DNA of 64,000 nucleotides from Patescibacteria group bacterium (GCA_038065955.1 JBBTPY010000003.1:39624-103623); one strand, 5' to 3'. Positions 1 to 11,120 are shown, counted from the first letter of the stretch. Program-made: numbers and translations. The notes: generated from the letters alone by a model not told the origin.

Positions 1-33
1 ATAATGGGGCTAAATACCTCATTTTTTATTGAA

Positions 34-651
34 ATGGCTTTTATTTTAGGAAAAAAATTGAAAATGACGCAGTTTTGGAAGGGCAATAAAGTTGTGCCGG
101 CGACGCTTATCGCGGCCGGGCCGATTACGATTATTCAAATTAGAACGAAAGAAAATGATGGTTATGAAGCGGCTCAAGTCGGATTCGGAACAAAAAAATC
201 GAAAAATATAAATAAGCCGCAATTGGGCCAGTTCAAAAATTTAGGCAATTTTCAATATGTTCGGGAATTCAAGTCGAAAATCAATAATCAGCAGCCAATG
301 AATTATAAAGTAGGCGATGTTTTGGATGTAAGCCAATTTCAAGAAGGCGAAAAAGTGAAAGTAAGCGGATTAAATAAGGGCCGCGGTTTTCAAGGAGTGG
401 TAAAAAGGCACGGATTTGCCGGCGGACCGAAAACGCACGGCCAGAAAAATCGTTTGCGGGCGCCCGGTTCCATCGGCGCGACCGCGCCGCAAAGGGTAAT
501 GAAAGGAAGGAAGATGGCCGGACGAATGGGGCAAGAGCGGATTACCGTGAAAAATCTTGAAATCGCCGGCATTGATAAAGAAAAAAACATTCTTATTATT
601 AAGGGCGCTGTTCCCGGAATGAAAGGAACATTGTTGGAAATAAGGGGATAA
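34..651 (+). CDS. rplC: 50S ribosomal protein L3
   Basis: GKKLKMTQ and GRGFQGVVKRHGF motifs; ATG at 34 preferred over 4. Confidence 0.97.
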   Translation: MAFILGKKLKMTQFWKGNKVVPATLIAAGPITIIQIRTKENDGYEAAQVGFGTKKSKNINKPQLGQFKNLGNFQYVREFKSKINNQQPMNYKVGDVLDVSQFQEGEKVKVSGLNKGRGFQGVVKRHGFAGGPKTHGQKNRLRAPGSIGATAPQRVMKGRKMAGRMGQERITVKNLEIAGIDKEKNILIIKGAVPGMKGTLLEIRG

Positions 652-655
652 GATT

Positions 656-1279
656 ATGACTGTTGATATTTTTGATAAACAAAATAATAAAGCGGGTACG
701 GTTGATTTGCCGGATAGAATATTTGGGGTAAAATGGAATCCCGATTTGGTTCATCAGATTTTAACGGCGCAAACGGCCAATCGCCGCGAGCCTTGGGCGC
801 ATACTAAAACCAGGGGCGAAGTTTCCGGCGGCGGCAAAAAGCCGTGGAAACAGAAGGGCACGGGCCGGGCGCGACACGGTTCAACCCGTTCGCCTTTATG
901 GGTAGGCGGCGGCGTGACTTTCGGGCCGAGAAAAGAAAGGAATTATACCAAAAAAATCAATAAAAAGATGAACCGGCTGGCGATTTTCAGCGCGCTTTCC
1001 AAGAAATTAAAAGAAAATGAATTAAAAATAATTGATAAATTTGACGCGGCTTCAAACAAGACGAAAGAATGGAATAAAATTTTGAAAAACTTGTTAGGTT
1101 TAAAATTGTCGGTTTTAATGATTTCAGCGGCCAAAAATAATATTCATCGGGCAATAGGCAATATTCCGAAAACGGACGCAATCAGTTCCCACTCTTTAAA
1201 CGTTTATGACTTGTTAAAGCGCAAAAATATTTTGATTGAAAAAGAGGCGATTGAAGAAATTGAAAAACATTATGAATAA
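656..1279 (+). CDS. rplD: 50S ribosomal protein L4
   Basis: TKTRGEVSGGGKKPWKQKGTGRARHGS. Confidence 0.98.
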   Translation: MTVDIFDKQNNKAGTVDLPDRIFGVKWNPDLVHQILTAQTANRREPWAHTKTRGEVSGGGKKPWKQKGTGRARHGSTRSPLWVGGGVTFGPRKERNYTKKINKKMNRLAIFSALSKKLKENELKIIDKFDAASNKTKEWNKILKNLLGLKLSVLMISAAKNNIHRAIGNIPKTDAISSHSLNVYDLLKRKNILIEKEAIEEIEKHYE

Positions 1280-1559
1280 ATCAAAATCGCAAATATTGAA
1301 GCAAAATTGGATTACCGAAAAATCAACCGCTTTGGCAAATTTCGGGAAGTATGTTTTTTTAGTGGACAAAAAAGCGAATAAGCCGGAAACGGCCAAGCTT
1401 ATTGAAGAGATTTACAAAGTGAAAGTAAAAGACATAAATATGATAAATACGAAAAGTAAAACCAGGCGGCTCGGCAGGAGCGTCGGCAGAGTTCCCGGTT
1501 TTAAAAAAGCGATTGTGACGCTAAAAGAAGGACATAAAATTGACGCAATGCCGGCATGA
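1272..1559 (+). CDS. rplW: 50S ribosomal protein L23
   Basis: ITEKS...KYVFLVD...KKAIVTL; operon position; ATG at 1272. Confidence 0.95.
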   Translation: MNKSKSQILKQNWITEKSTALANFGKYVFLVDKKANKPETAKLIEEIYKVKVKDINMINTKSKTRRLGRSVGRVPGFKKAIVTLKEGHKIDAMPA

Positions 1560-2380
1560 TAAAACAATACAAACCTACAACTCCATCAAGAAGATCTATG
1601 ACCGTTGTTGATTACGGCGTATTAACTGCGGTTAAACCTCATAAAAAATTATTGACGAAATTGAAAAAACGCGGCGGCCGCAATAATTCCGGCAGAATCA
1701 CAATGCGTCATCAGGGAGGAGAAAATAAAAAGCTTTATCGGTTAGTGGATTTTAAGCAGGATAAATTGGACATTCCCGCGAAGATTGAGACGATAGAATA
1801 CGACCCGTATCGGACGGCTTTTATCGCTTTGGTTTTATATTCCGACGGCGAGAGGCGTTATATTCTCGCTTCAAAAAATATGAAAGTCGGCGATGAAATT
1901 ATTACTTCCGAGAATGCGCCCATAAAAGAAGGCAATCGTTCGGCTTTAAAAAATATTCCAGTCGGCTATTTTGTTTATAATATTGAAATGAATAGAGGCG
2001 GCGGCGGAAAACTGGCGAGATCGGCCGGCGCTTCTTGCCAGATAATGGCTCAGGAAAAAAGTTGGACGCAATTAAAGCTTTCTTCCGGAGAAGTAAGGAA
2101 AATTAATCGGGAAAATTTCGCTTCTCTTGGACAACTTTCAAATCCGGATTATATTTTAACGACAATCGGCAAGGCCGGCCGTTCGCGTTGGCTCGGCATC
2201 AGGCCGACGGTAAGAGGTTCAGCAATGAATCCGCGCGACCATCCTTACGGAGGCGGCGAAGGCCGGGCCGTGCGCGGCACGAAGCGTCCGAAAACAAAAT
2301 GGGGAAAAATTACAGGAGGTCGAAAAACTAGAAAGAAAAAGAAATGGAGCAATAAGATGATTATTAAAAGAAGAAAATAA
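1556..2380 (+). CDS. rplB: 50S ribosomal protein L2
   Basis: [10 protein letters not shown] and [21 protein letters not shown]. Confidence 0.98.
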   Translation: MIKQYKPTTPSRRSMTVVDYGVLTAVKPHKKLLTKLKKRGGRNNSGRITMRHQGGENKKLYRLVDFKQDKLDIPAKIETIEYDPYRTAFIALVLYSDGERRYILASKNMKVGDEIITSENAPIKEGNRSALKNIPVGYFVYNIEMNRGGGGKLARSAGASCQIMAQEKSWTQLKLSSGEVRKINRENFASLGQLSNPDYILTTIGKAGRSRWLGIRPTVRGSAMNPRDHPYGGGEGRAVRGTKRPKTKWGKITGGRKTRKKKKWSNKMIIKRRK

Positions 2381-2385
2381 ATATT

Positions 2386-2685
2386 ATGTCGCGAAGTTCA
2401 AAAAAAGGTCCTTATATTGACCAAAAATTATTAAAAAAAATATCAAAGTTGAAACCCGATGATAAGACGGTAATTAATACTTGGTCGCGGGACAGCGAAA
2501 TTTCTCCTGAGATGATAGGGTTTATTTTCGGCGTTCATAACGGGAAAATTTTTATTCCGGTTAAAGTGACGGAAGATATGATTGGCCATCGTTTCGGCGA
2601 ATTCTCATTGACGAGAAAATTTGTCAGACACGGAGGAAAGATGCAGAAGGAATTGGAGAAAAAAGCGGTAGAACCGAAAAAATAA
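2386..2685 (+). CDS. rpsS: 30S ribosomal protein S19
   Basis: [27 protein letters not shown]. Confidence 0.98.
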   Translation: MSRSSKKGPYIDQKLLKKISKLKPDDKTVINTWSRDSEISPEMIGFIFGVHNGKIFIPVKVTEDMIGHRFGEFSLTRKFVRHGGKMQKELEKKAVEPKK

Positions 2686-2686
2686 T

Positions 2687-3199
2687 ATGAAAATTCAAAT
2701 CGCAAAATTAAATTATCTTCATATGGCTCCGCGCAAGGTGCGGTTGATTGCCAATATCATAAAAGGCCTTTCGGTTAATGAAGCGGAGGCTCAATTGATG
2801 GTTAACCCGCAAAAAGCGGGCGGCCCTATTTTAAAATTATTGCGTTCGGCGGTTGCCAACGGCAAGCAGAAAGAATTAAAACCGGAAAATCTTATTGTTA
2901 AAGATATTAAAGTTGACCAGGGTCCGGTTTCAAAGCGTCATATGCCGAGAGCTCAAGGCAGAGCGACTTTAATTTTAAAAAGAAGCAGTCATATTACTTT
3001 AATTTTAGCCGAATCTCAAAATCCGAAAATTTCAAGATTTAAAATAATAAAACCACAAAGAGTTTCAAAGAGAGTTAAGGCTGGGATGGCAAGTAAAGAA
3101 GCGGGAATGGAAAAAATTGGCGGAAAAGAACCGGCGAAACCGGCAATAAAAGAAAAAGAAGGATTTATGAAAAAAATGTTCAGACGCAAAGTAGTTTAA
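2687..3199 (+). CDS. rplV: 50S ribosomal protein L22 with basic C-terminal extension
   Basis: APRKVRLIA, PRAQGRA, SHITL. Confidence 0.96.
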   Translation: MKIQIAKLNYLHMAPRKVRLIANIIKGLSVNEAEAQLMVNPQKAGGPILKLLRSAVANGKQKELKPENLIVKDIKVDQGPVSKRHMPRAQGRATLILKRSSHITLILAESQNPKISRFKIIKPQRVSKRVKAGMASKEAGMEKIGGKEPAKPAIKEKEGFMKKMFRRKVV

Positions 3200-3217
3200 T
3201 GAATAATTAATAAAATT

Positions 3218-3901
3218 ATGGGGAAAAAAATCAGACCAAATTCATTTAGATTAGGAATAACAAAAGATTGGAGCTCTCGCTGGTTTCCGAAGGACAATAA
3301 TTTTAAATCTTATTTGGAAGAGGATGTTTTGTTGCGGAAAATAATCGGGGAAAAAATCGGCAGCGCCGGCATTGATAAAATAGACATAGAACGAGTCGGT
3401 AATAAATGCAGAATTTTAATAAAAGCCAGTCGGCCGGGATTAATTATCGGTCGAGGCGGCAAAGGGATTGAGGAGTTGACCAAAGCGCTTGAATCCGCTT
3501 TGAAAAAGCTTAGATTGAAAAAAGGCGTGAAAGAATCGCCGATTTTGAGCGTTAACATAGAAGAATTAAAGCGCTCGGATGTTTCGGCCAATGTTACGGC
3601 GCAGAATATCGCATGGGATATAGAAAGAAGAATGCCGTTTCGCCGAACGATAAAAAAATATCTTACTTCCATTTTACAAAATAAAGAAATTCAAGGGGCA
3701 AAAATTGAAATTGCCGGCAGATTGGACGGAAATGAAATTGCCCGGACGGAGCATTTGATAAAAGGACGCTTGCCGCTTCAGAAATTAAGGGCTAATATAG
3801 ACTACGGTCAAGCTACCGCTTTTACCACATATGGAACCGTTGGAGTAAAAGTATGGGTGTATAAAGGCGATATATTTGAAAAATCGGATAATAATAATTG
3901 A
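3218..3901 (+). CDS. rpsC: 30S ribosomal protein S3
   Basis: [12 protein letters not shown] domain; [10 protein letters not shown]; GVKVWVY. Confidence 0.98.
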   Translation: MGKKIRPNSFRLGITKDWSSRWFPKDNNFKSYLEEDVLLRKIIGEKIGSAGIDKIDIERVGNKCRILIKASRPGLIIGRGGKGIEELTKALESALKKLRLKKGVKESPILSVNIEELKRSDVSANVTAQNIAWDIERRMPFRRTIKKYLTSILQNKEIQGAKIEIAGRLDGNEIARTEHLIKGRLPLQKLRANIDYGQATAFTTYGTVGVKVWVYKGDIFEKSDNNN

Positions 3902-3903
3902 TT

Positions 3904-4317
3904 ATGTTATTGCCTAAAAAAGTAAAACATAGAAAATGGCATAAAGGAAAATCGCGTTATCGGCAAGTTGAGACGCGGGGGATTTTTTTGAGCTTCGGTT
4001 CTTTCGGATTACAGTCTTTGGGAAGTTGCTGGATTAATTCCAGACAAATTGAAGCCGCCAGAAAATCCATTACTCATTACACTAAACGAGGCGGGAAAAT
4101 TTGGATAAGAATTTTTCCGGATAAGCCGGTTACCAAAAGGCCGCCGGAAACAACAATGGGCGGCGGCAAAGGAGCGGTTGACCATTATGTTTTTCCGGTA
4201 AAGCCCGGAAGGATTTTATTTGAAATAGACGGCGTAAGCGATGAAATAGCGAGAGAAGCTTTGCGGAGAGCCAGTCATAAATTACCGGTAAAAACAAGAG
4301 TAATCGCGAAAATATGA
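3904..4317 (+). CDS. rplP: 50S ribosomal protein L16
   Basis: [27 protein letters not shown]. Confidence 0.97.
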   Translation: MLLPKKVKHRKWHKGKSRYRQVETRGIFLSFGSFGLQSLGSCWINSRQIEAARKSITHYTKRGGKIWIRIFPDKPVTKRPPETTMGGGKGAVDHYVFPVKPGRILFEIDGVSDEIAREALRRASHKLPVKTRVIAKI

Positions 4318-4505
4318 AGAAATCTGAAATTCAACAATTAAAAAATAAGCCATTAGCTGAACTTCAAAAACAGCTGGTTTTGGCGTACGATCGGTTAAGA
4401 AAGTTGAAATTTGATTTAAGCCAGGGCAAAGTAAAGAATATTAAAAGCATTAAAGAGGCGAAAAAATTGATTGCGAGAATATTAACGATAATTAATAATT
4501 TATGA
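4314..4505 (+). CDS. rpmC: 50S ribosomal protein L29
   Basis: 63 aa, IARILT motif, position between L16 and S17. Confidence 0.93.
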   Translation: MKKSEIQQLKNKPLAELQKQLVLAYDRLRKLKFDLSQGKVKNIKSIKEAKKLIARILTIINNL

Positions 4506-4732
4506 AACGAACACTGCAAGGAATAATTGTTTCGGATAAAATGGATAAGACCTGCGTGGTTGAGATTTCGCGTCTTAAAAAACATCCGCTTTATAAAAAA
4601 TATTATAAAGCGACGCGGAAATTTAAAGCGCATGACGAAAAGAATGAATATAAATCCGGCGATAAAGTAATTATTGAAGAAACAAGGCCGTTATCTAAAG
4701 ATAAAAGGTGGAGAATAGTGTCTAAAATATGA
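4502..4732 (+). CDS. rpsQ: 30S ribosomal protein S17
   Basis: [25 protein letters not shown]. Confidence 0.97.
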   Translation: MKRTLQGIIVSDKMDKTCVVEISRLKKHPLYKKYYKATRKFKAHDEKNEYKSGDKVIIEETRPLSKDKRWRIVSKI

Positions 4733-5097
4733 TACAAGAAAGAAGTGTATTAAAAGTGGCTGATAATTCCGGAGCGAAAATAATTCGCTGTTTTCGGGTT
4801 TTAGGAGGAAGCCGGCGCCGTTACGCCGGTATAGGCGATATTATCGTGGCTTCCGTTCAAAAAGCTGAACCGCGAAAAGCGGTTAAAAAGAAAGAGGTGG
4901 TTAAAGCGGTAATCGTTAGGACTAAAAATGTCCGTCGGCGGCCGGATGGTTCGTATGTAAGATTTGACGACAATGCGGCGGTTTTAATTGATGCCAAACT
5001 TGAACCGCGAGGAACTAGGATTTTTGGTCCGATTCCGCGGGAAATGAAAGAAAAAGGTTTCGAAAAAATAGCCACTATGGCCGATGAAATAGTATGA
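4729..5097 (+). CDS. rplN: 50S ribosomal protein L14
   Basis: [24 protein letters not shown]. Confidence 0.98.
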   Translation: MIQERSVLKVADNSGAKIIRCFRVLGGSRRRYAGIGDIIVASVQKAEPRKAVKKKEVVKAVIVRTKNVRRRPDGSYVRFDDNAAVLIDAKLEPRGTRIFGPIPREMKEKGFEKIATMADEIV

Positions 5098-5399
5098 AAA
5101 TTCGCAAAAACGACAAAGTTAAAATAATCGCCGGAAAAGATAAAGGAAAAACCGGAAAAGTAATAAAAATTTTATCGCAAAGCGGAAGAATTTTAGTTGA
5201 AGGATTGAATTTGTATAAAAAACATGTCCGGCCGAAAAAACAAGGAGAAAAAGGCGAAACGGTTTTAACGCCCCGGTCCATTCAGGCGTCAAACGCGATG
5301 ATTATTTGTTCATCTTGCGCCCGAGCCGTTAAGGTTGGCCATTCAATAGAAGGCGACATTAAGACAAGAATATGTAAAAAATGCGGAGTTAAAATATGA
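5094..5399 (+). CDS. rplX: 50S ribosomal protein L24 (CxxC-containing variant)
   Basis: KOW motif [12 protein letters not shown]; CSSC...CKKC. Confidence 0.96.
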   Translation: MKIRKNDKVKIIAGKDKGKTGKVIKILSQSGRILVEGLNLYKKHVRPKKQGEKGETVLTPRSIQASNAMIICSSCARAVKVGHSIEGDIKTRICKKCGVKI

Positions 5400-5953
5400 A
5401 GCAAATAAATTTAAAAGAAAAATATAATCAGGAAGTGATTCCGAAAATGAAAGAAAAATTCAATTACAAAAATGATTTGGCGGTTCCGAGATTGGGAAAA
5501 ATCGTGATTAACGTAAGCGCGGGAAGATTATCCCAGCAAGCAGGTTTTGAAGATAAAATTTTACCAGAAATAATGAAAAGTTTGGCGATTATTTCCGGGC
5601 AAAAACCGATTACCACGGTTGCTAAAAAATCTATTGCCGGATTTAAGACCAGGGAAGGACAAATTGTCGGTTTAAAAATCACTTTGCGCCGGCGGAGAAT
5701 GTATGATTTTTTGGAAAGATTAGTGAGAATTGTTTTGCCGCGCGTAAAAGATTTTAAAGGAATAGAACTTAAAAATATTGACCAAGGCGGAAATTTAAAT
5801 ATCGGAATCAGAGAACAGGCGGTGTTTCCTGAAATAATTTCGGAGACGCTGAAAGTTGACTTTGGATTGGAAATTAGTATTGTAAGTAATGCCAAAAGTC
5901 GAGATGAGGCAATTGAATTATATCGGCAACTGGGGTTGCCGCTAAAGAAATAA
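5396..5953 (+). CDS. rplE: 50S ribosomal protein L5
   Basis: SGQKP, AKKSIAGFKTREG, LPRVKDFKG. Confidence 0.97.
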   Translation: MKQINLKEKYNQEVIPKMKEKFNYKNDLAVPRLGKIVINVSAGRLSQQAGFEDKILPEIMKSLAIISGQKPITTVAKKSIAGFKTREGQIVGLKITLRRRRMYDFLERLVRIVLPRVKDFKGIELKNIDQGGNLNIGIREQAVFPEIISETLKVDFGLEISIVSNAKSRDEAIELYRQLGLPLKK

Positions 5954-6139
5954 ATGGCAAAAACATCTGTTATCGCGCGAGCTTTAAAATCACCGAAATA
6001 TTCAACGCGAATCGTTCTCCGATGTTTTCGTTGCGGCCGCAAAAGAAGCTATATAAGGGATTTCGGACTTTGTCGGATTTGTTTCAGGGAGATGGCGTCC
6101 CGCGGAGAAATACCCGGGATAAAAAAAGCGTCATGGTAA
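5954..6139 (+). CDS. rpsZ: 30S ribosomal protein S14, zinc-ribbon type Z
   Basis: 61 aa, CFRC...CRICFRE, GIKKASW. Confidence 0.96.
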   Translation: MAKTSVIARALKSPKYSTRIVLRCFRCGRKRSYIRDFGLCRICFREMASRGEIPGIKKASW

Positions 6140-6148
6140 AATAAAAAT

Positions 6149-6529
6149 ATGTATACGGATTTATTAACAAAAATTAAAAACGCTCAAGCGGTAAAGAAGG
6201 AAAATATTAAGGTTTTTCATTCTAAAACAGACGAAAAAATCGTTGAAGTTTTGACGGCCAATAATTATTTGGAAAAATTTGAAAAAAAGGGCAGGGGAGT
6301 GAAGAAAATTTTAGATATAAAGTTGAAATATAACGATGGCAATGGAGCGATTGACGGGTTTAAATTTATCAGCAAACCGTCTCGCCGAATTTATATCGGT
6401 TATGATGAAATAAGACCGGTGAGACAGGGTTATGGTTTAATGATAGTTTCCACGCCAAAAGGAATTATGACCGGAAAAGAGGCTAAAAAATTAAAAGTCG
6501 GCGGAGAAGCGTTGTTTCAAATATGGTAA
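6149..6529 (+). CDS. rpsH: 30S ribosomal protein S8
   Basis: DLLTKIKNA, SKPSRRIY, STPKGIMT, VGGE. Confidence 0.97.
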   Translation: MYTDLLTKIKNAQAVKKENIKVFHSKTDEKIVEVLTANNYLEKFEKKGRGVKKILDIKLKYNDGNGAIDGFKFISKPSRRIYIGYDEIRPVRQGYGLMIVSTPKGIMTGKEAKKLKVGGEALFQIW

Positions 6530-6530
6530 T

Positions 6531-7076
6531 ATGAGTAAAATAGGCAAAAAACCAATAATTATTCCGGAAGGAGTTGAGGTTAAAATTGACGACGGAATTT
6601 TGAAAATTAAAGGGAAAAAAGGAGAATTATCTCTTCTAATTTTACCTTTTATTAAAATTAATTTAAATGAGAAAGCGATTTCTTTCGGCGCCGAAGGCGA
6701 TTTTAAGCAAGCGCGATCCAATTGGGGCACGATGAGAGCGTTGGCGAACAATGCCGTTATCGGCGTAAGTGATGGATTTTCCAAGGCGTTGGAGATAGGA
6801 GGAGTCGGCTATAGGGCTTCATTGGAAGGAAATAATCTTGTTTTAAATATCGGTTTTACCAATCCGGTTAAGATTATTCCGCCGGAAGGGATTATTATTT
6901 CAGTTGAAAAAAACGTCATTAAAGTTTCCGGAAACGACAAAGCGCTGGTCGGCAAGACGGCGGCGGAGATTAGGGCAAAGAAGAAACCGGAGCCGTATAA
7001 GGGAAAGGGAATTAAATATCAAGGAGAAATAATCAGAAGAAAAGAAGGTAAAAAAGCGGCGGCGGCGGCGAAATAA
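6531..7076 (+). CDS. rplF: 50S ribosomal protein L6
   Basis: MSKIGKKPI, GVGYRA, PEPYKGKGIKY. Confidence 0.98.
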   Translation: MSKIGKKPIIIPEGVEVKIDDGILKIKGKKGELSLLILPFIKINLNEKAISFGAEGDFKQARSNWGTMRALANNAVIGVSDGFSKALEIGGVGYRASLEGNNLVLNIGFTNPVKIIPPEGIIISVEKNVIKVSGNDKALVGKTAAEIRAKKKPEPYKGKGIKYQGEIIRRKEGKKAAAAAK

Positions 7077-7092
7077 ATTATAATTTAAATTT

Positions 7093-7425
7093 ATGAATAA
7101 AGTAAAAATTTTAAATAAAACTAGGATTAGGCGTAAAAATCGGACGCGCGCAAAAATATTCGGCACTTTGGAGCGTCCTCGTCTTTCTGTTTTCCGCAGT
7201 AATCGTCAAAGTTATGTTCAGCTGATTAATGATGAAAAAGGAGAGACTTTAGCCGGCGCTTCGACTAATAAATTAATAACCGAGGAAAAATTGGGCGAGT
7301 TGATTGCCGAGAAAGCGGTTAAAAAAGAGATTAAAAAAATTATTTTTGACCGAAGGGGATATAAATATCACGGTCGAGTGAAAGCAATCGCCGAAGGAGC
7401 GAGAAAAAGAGGATTGAAATTTTAA
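7093..7425 (+). CDS. rplR: 50S ribosomal protein L18
   Basis: [23 protein letters not shown]. Confidence 0.97.
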   Translation: MNKVKILNKTRIRRKNRTRAKIFGTLERPRLSVFRSNRQSYVQLINDEKGETLAGASTNKLITEEKLGELIAEKAVKKEIKKIIFDRRGYKYHGRVKAIAEGARKRGLKF

Positions 7426-7427
7426 TT

Positions 7428-7919
7428 ATGGCGGAACAAAGAGAAAGAAAAATATTTAATAGGGGAAGAGGCGATAAAAAAGTTTCTGAATTTAAAGAAA
7501 AAGTATTGGATTTACGACGGGTAACCAGGGTGGTTGCCGGCGGCAAGCGCATGCGTTTTAGGGTAACGATAGTTGTCGGCGATGAAAAAGGAAGAGTCGG
7601 CCTTGGTATTGGTAAAGGATTGGATGTGGCTCAAGCGGTTGATAAAGCCAAAGCCAATGCCAAAAAAAATATAATCACTGTAAAACTTAAGGGAAAAACC
7701 ATTCCTCATGAAACAGAGGCGAAATTCAGCGCGGCTCATATAATAATAAAACCGGCGAAAGCCGGACACGGATTAAAAGCGGGCGGAGCGGCGCGGCAGG
7801 TTTTGCTTTTATCCGGTATTCGGGACGCCACGGCTAAATGTTTAGGGGGAACTAAAAATAAATTAACAAACGCGATGGCGGCGGTAGAAGCGTTAAAGAA
7901 GTTAAAAGTTAAAAGTTAA
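7428..7919 (+). CDS. rpsE: 30S ribosomal protein S5
   Basis: RVTRVVAGGKRMRF, VVGDEKGRVGLG. Confidence 0.97.
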   Translation: MAEQRERKIFNRGRGDKKVSEFKEKVLDLRRVTRVVAGGKRMRFRVTIVVGDEKGRVGLGIGKGLDVAQAVDKAKANAKKNIITVKLKGKTIPHETEAKFSAAHIIIKPAKAGHGLKAGGAARQVLLLSGIRDATAKCLGGTKNKLTNAMAAVEALKKLKVKS

Positions 7920-7925
7920 AAAGTT

Positions 7926-8345
7926 ATGCAACTTCATCAATTAAAACCAAAAATTAAATTAAAAAATAAAAAGCGCGTTGGCCGCGGCGGCAAGCGCGGT
8001 TCTTTTTCCGGTAAAGGAATAAAAGGACAGAAAGCGCATGCCGGCCGGAAAATAAAATCGCAGATAATGGAGCTTATCCAAAGACTTCCGAAACTTAGAG
8101 GTTTTAAAAATAAATCTTTTTTTCCGAAGGCGATTGCCGTAAATGTCGGTGATTTGGATAAAAAGATAACGGTGAATATAATAAATAAAGAGGCGCTTTT
8201 TAAAGCGGGATTGATTAAAAAAATTGACAGTCCGGTAAAAATTTTAAGTGAAGGAGAAATCAAGCGCTCGCTTCAAATTGAAGGATTGAAAGTTTCAAAA
8301 ACCGCGAAAGAAAAGATTGAAGCCGCCGGCGGCAGTATAAAGTAA
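7926..8345 (+). CDS. rplO: 50S ribosomal protein L15
   Basis: RVGRGG, GKGIKGQKAHAG, KIEAAGG. Confidence 0.96.
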   Translation: MQLHQLKPKIKLKNKKRVGRGGKRGSFSGKGIKGQKAHAGRKIKSQIMELIQRLPKLRGFKNKSFFPKAIAVNVGDLDKKITVNIINKEALFKAGLIKKIDSPVKILSEGEIKRSLQIEGLKVSKTAKEKIEAAGGSIK

Positions 8346-8374
8346 TAAGTAATAAGTAATAAGTAATAAGTAGT
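8340..8374. repeat. 7-mer tandem array (AAGTAAT)x4 plus one degenerate unit, between rplO and secY
   Basis: read directly. Confidence 0.9.
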
Positions 8375-8393
8375 AAGGCAGTAGGCGTGGAAT

Positions 8394-9662
8394 ATGAACA
8401 AACTTATTCAGCTTTTTAAAATTAAAGATTTGCGCGATAAAATCCTGAAAGTGGTTTTTTTGCTGGTTTGTTTTCGGGTATTGGCGGTTATTCCCATTCC
8501 TAATATTGATCTTGAAAGATTAAGGGAATTTTTGACTTCCAACCAGCTTTTCGGGCTTTTGAGTATTTTTTCCGGCGGCGCTTTGCAGAATCTTTCAATT
8601 GTGATGCTCGGCGTCGCTCCTTATATTACGGCGACTATTATCATGCAGCTTTTGACGATGATTTTTCCGCAATTGAAAGAAATGTATTATGAAGAAGGCG
8701 CGGCCGGCAAAGCGAAGTTCAACCGCTATTCGCGTTATTTGACCGTTCCTTTGGCCGCTTTGCAGTCTTACGGATTTTTAAATATTTTAATTTCTCAAAA
8801 TATTTTGCCTCGCGTCGGCTTGTTTGAAACAATGACGAATGTCGTTTTAATCACGGCCGGCTCAATGATTTTGGTCTGGATCGGCGAACTTATCAGCGAA
8901 CAGAAAATCAGCAACGGAATTTCTTTGATTATTTTTGCCGGCATTGTCAGTCAGTTGCCGGCGGTTATTCAAAATATTATTTTTTCTTATAATCCTGGCG
9001 ATCTAATGAATTATGCCGTTTTCGCGCTGATTTCAATTATTGTAATCGCCGGCGTCGTTTTTATGCAGGAGGGCGAAAGAAAAATTCCCATTGCTTACGC
9101 TAAGCGCGTGAGAGGAATGAAAATGTACGGCGGCGCCGCCACTTATTTGCCGCTTAAAGTCAATTCCGCGGGCGTGATTCCGATTATTTTCGCCATTTCA
9201 GTTTTGTTGTTCCCTCAATTTATCGCTCAAGCCTCTTCAATAATTTCCGCCGATTTATCGATAAAAATTAACGAGTTCGTAAGCCGTTTTTTTAACAATC
9301 AATATATTCACAGTTTGATTTATTTTTCATTAGTGGTGATTTTTACGTATTTTTATACGGCTGTTACTTTTGACCCGAAAGAAATTTCCAAAAATCTTCA
9401 GCGCGCCGGCGCTTTTATCACGGGTATTCGTCCGGGCGAATCAACGACTTTGGTTTTGTCGAAAATCGTCAATCGTCTTACATTAAGCGGCGCCGTTTTT
9501 CTGGGATTAATAGCGGTTTTGCCGAATGTTACTCAAATAATTACGGGAATTTCTGTTTTAACTATCGGTGGCACAGCGCTTTTAATCGTCGTTTCCGTGG
9601 CTCTGGAAACAATGAAACAAATTAACTCTCAACTGGTAATGAGAGAATATGAAGAAATTTAA
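8394..9662 (+). CDS. secY: Preprotein translocase subunit SecY
   Basis: LGVAPYITATII, NGISLIIFAGI, GIRPG, GGTALLIVV; multiple TM segments. Confidence 0.98.
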   Translation: MNKLIQLFKIKDLRDKILKVVFLLVCFRVLAVIPIPNIDLERLREFLTSNQLFGLLSIFSGGALQNLSIVMLGVAPYITATIIMQLLTMIFPQLKEMYYEEGAAGKAKFNRYSRYLTVPLAALQSYGFLNILISQNILPRVGLFETMTNVVLITAGSMILVWIGELISEQKISNGISLIIFAGIVSQLPAVIQNIIFSYNPGDLMNYAVFALISIIVIAGVVFMQEGERKIPIAYAKRVRGMKMYGGAATYLPLKVNSAGVIPIIFAISVLLFPQFIAQASSIISADLSIKINEFVSRFFNNQYIHSLIYFSLVVIFTYFYTAVTFDPKEISKNLQRAGAFITGIRPGESTTLVLSKIVNRLTLSGAVFLGLIAVLPNVTQIITGISVLTIGGTALLIVVSVALETMKQINSQLVMREYEEI

Positions 9663-9668
9663 TTTATT

Positions 9669-10355
9669 ATGATTGCAGTCATAATTTACGGTCCTCCCGG
9701 TTCCGGCAAAGGCACGCAAGCTCAGCTTTTGGCCGAAAAATTTGATTTAATTCATCTTGATTCCGGCCGCTATCTTCGGGAAATTCTTTATAATCCGAAA
9801 TTTAAAAAAAATAAAATTATTCAGCGAGAAAGAAAAATAAACGAAGCCGGCAAACTGAATACTCCTTCGTGGGTTTTGAAAATAATCGGCGAGCGGGTGG
9901 AAAAAATAGGCAAATTGAATAAAGGCATTGTTTTTAGCGGTTCGCCGCGAACTCTTTATGAGACGGTAAGCGTTCAAAAGCGAAAAGGAATAATTGAGCT
10001 TCTGGAAAAAATTTACAAAAAGAAAAATATTTTCATTTTTAAAATTAATGTTTCAGAGGAACAAACCATTAAAAGAAATGGCAATCGTTTAGTTTGTTCG
10101 GTTTGCCGAAATCCTGTTTTGGGGCAAAAATCAATCATCGGCTGCAAATTGTCAAAGTGTCCGCTTTGCGGCGCGAAATTGGAACATCGTTTTGATGACA
10201 AAAAAGAAGTGATTTCAATAAGATTAAAAGAATATCGAGAAAGAACTTTGCCGATTATTCTGTTTCTAAAAAAAAGAGGCTATAAAATAGCGGAAATTGA
10301 CGGCAGTCCGTTGCCTTATAAAATTCATAATAATATTTTGACAAAATTAAAATAA
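9669..10355 (+). CDS. adk: Adenylate kinase
   Basis: GPPGSGKGTQA P-loop; zinc lid CSVC...CPLC; follows secY. Confidence 0.9.
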   Translation: MIAVIIYGPPGSGKGTQAQLLAEKFDLIHLDSGRYLREILYNPKFKKNKIIQRERKINEAGKLNTPSWVLKIIGERVEKIGKLNKGIVFSGSPRTLYETVSVQKRKGIIELLEKIYKKKNIFIFKINVSEEQTIKRNGNRLVCSVCRNPVLGQKSIIGCKLSKCPLCGAKLEHRFDDKKEVISIRLKEYRERTLPIILFLKKRGYKIAEIDGSPLPYKIHNNILTKLK

Positions 10356-10358
10356 ATA

Positions 10359-11120
10359 ATGACGATTAAATTGAAAAGTTCTCGGGAAATTGAAATAATT
10401 GCCGTTTCCGGAAAGATATTGGCGCAAGTTTTTAAGGCAGTTATTAAAGAGGCGAAAATCGGCGCCAGTTTGAAAAATTTGGACGAATTGGCTTATAAAC
10501 TTATTAAAAAGGCAGGCGCTCAACCGGCCTTTTTAGGTTATCGGCCGGAAGGCGCCAAACATCCTTATAACGCTTCAATTTGCGCTTCGGTTAATGACGT
10601 GATTGTTCATGGTTTTCCGACGGATTATAAGCTTAAAGACGGCGATGTTTTAAAACTTGATTTTGGAGTGAAATATCAGGATTTTTATTCCGACGCGGCC
10701 GCGACTTTGGAAATCGGCGCGATTTCCAATCAAGCCGTTCAATTGATTAAAGCGACAAAAGAAGCGCTGGAAGAAGCCGTTAAGGCGGCGCGAGCCGGCA
10801 ATCATCTCGGCGATATCGGATTCGTGGTTTCAAAAATCGCCAAAAAATACGGTTTTAAGCCGATTAAGGGTTTAACCGGCCATGGTATTGGCAAAGAACT
10901 TCACGAAGAGCCAACGATTTATAATTACGGTAAAAAAGGCGAGGGGATTGAATTAAAACCAGGAATGGTTTTAGCTATTGAGCCGATGCTTTCAGCTGGC
11001 GCGGATGAAATTATTCAGAAACCCGATGAAAGTTGGGCTACGGCAGACGGTTCTTTGTCGGCTCATTTTGAGCATACGGTGGCGATTACGGAAAAAGAGC
11101 CATTAGTTTTAACTAAATAA
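10359..11120 (+). CDS. map: Methionine aminopeptidase type I
   Basis: ICASVNDVIVHG, GHGIG..LHEEP, AIEPM, SAHFEHT. Confidence 0.97.
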   Translation: MTIKLKSSREIEIIAVSGKILAQVFKAVIKEAKIGASLKNLDELAYKLIKKAGAQPAFLGYRPEGAKHPYNASICASVNDVIVHGFPTDYKLKDGDVLKLDFGVKYQDFYSDAAATLEIGAISNQAVQLIKATKEALEEAVKAARAGNHLGDIGFVVSKIAKKYGFKPIKGLTGHGIGKELHEEPTIYNYGKKGEGIELKPGMVLAIEPMLSAGADEIIQKPDESWATADGSLSAHFEHTVAITEKEPLVLTK

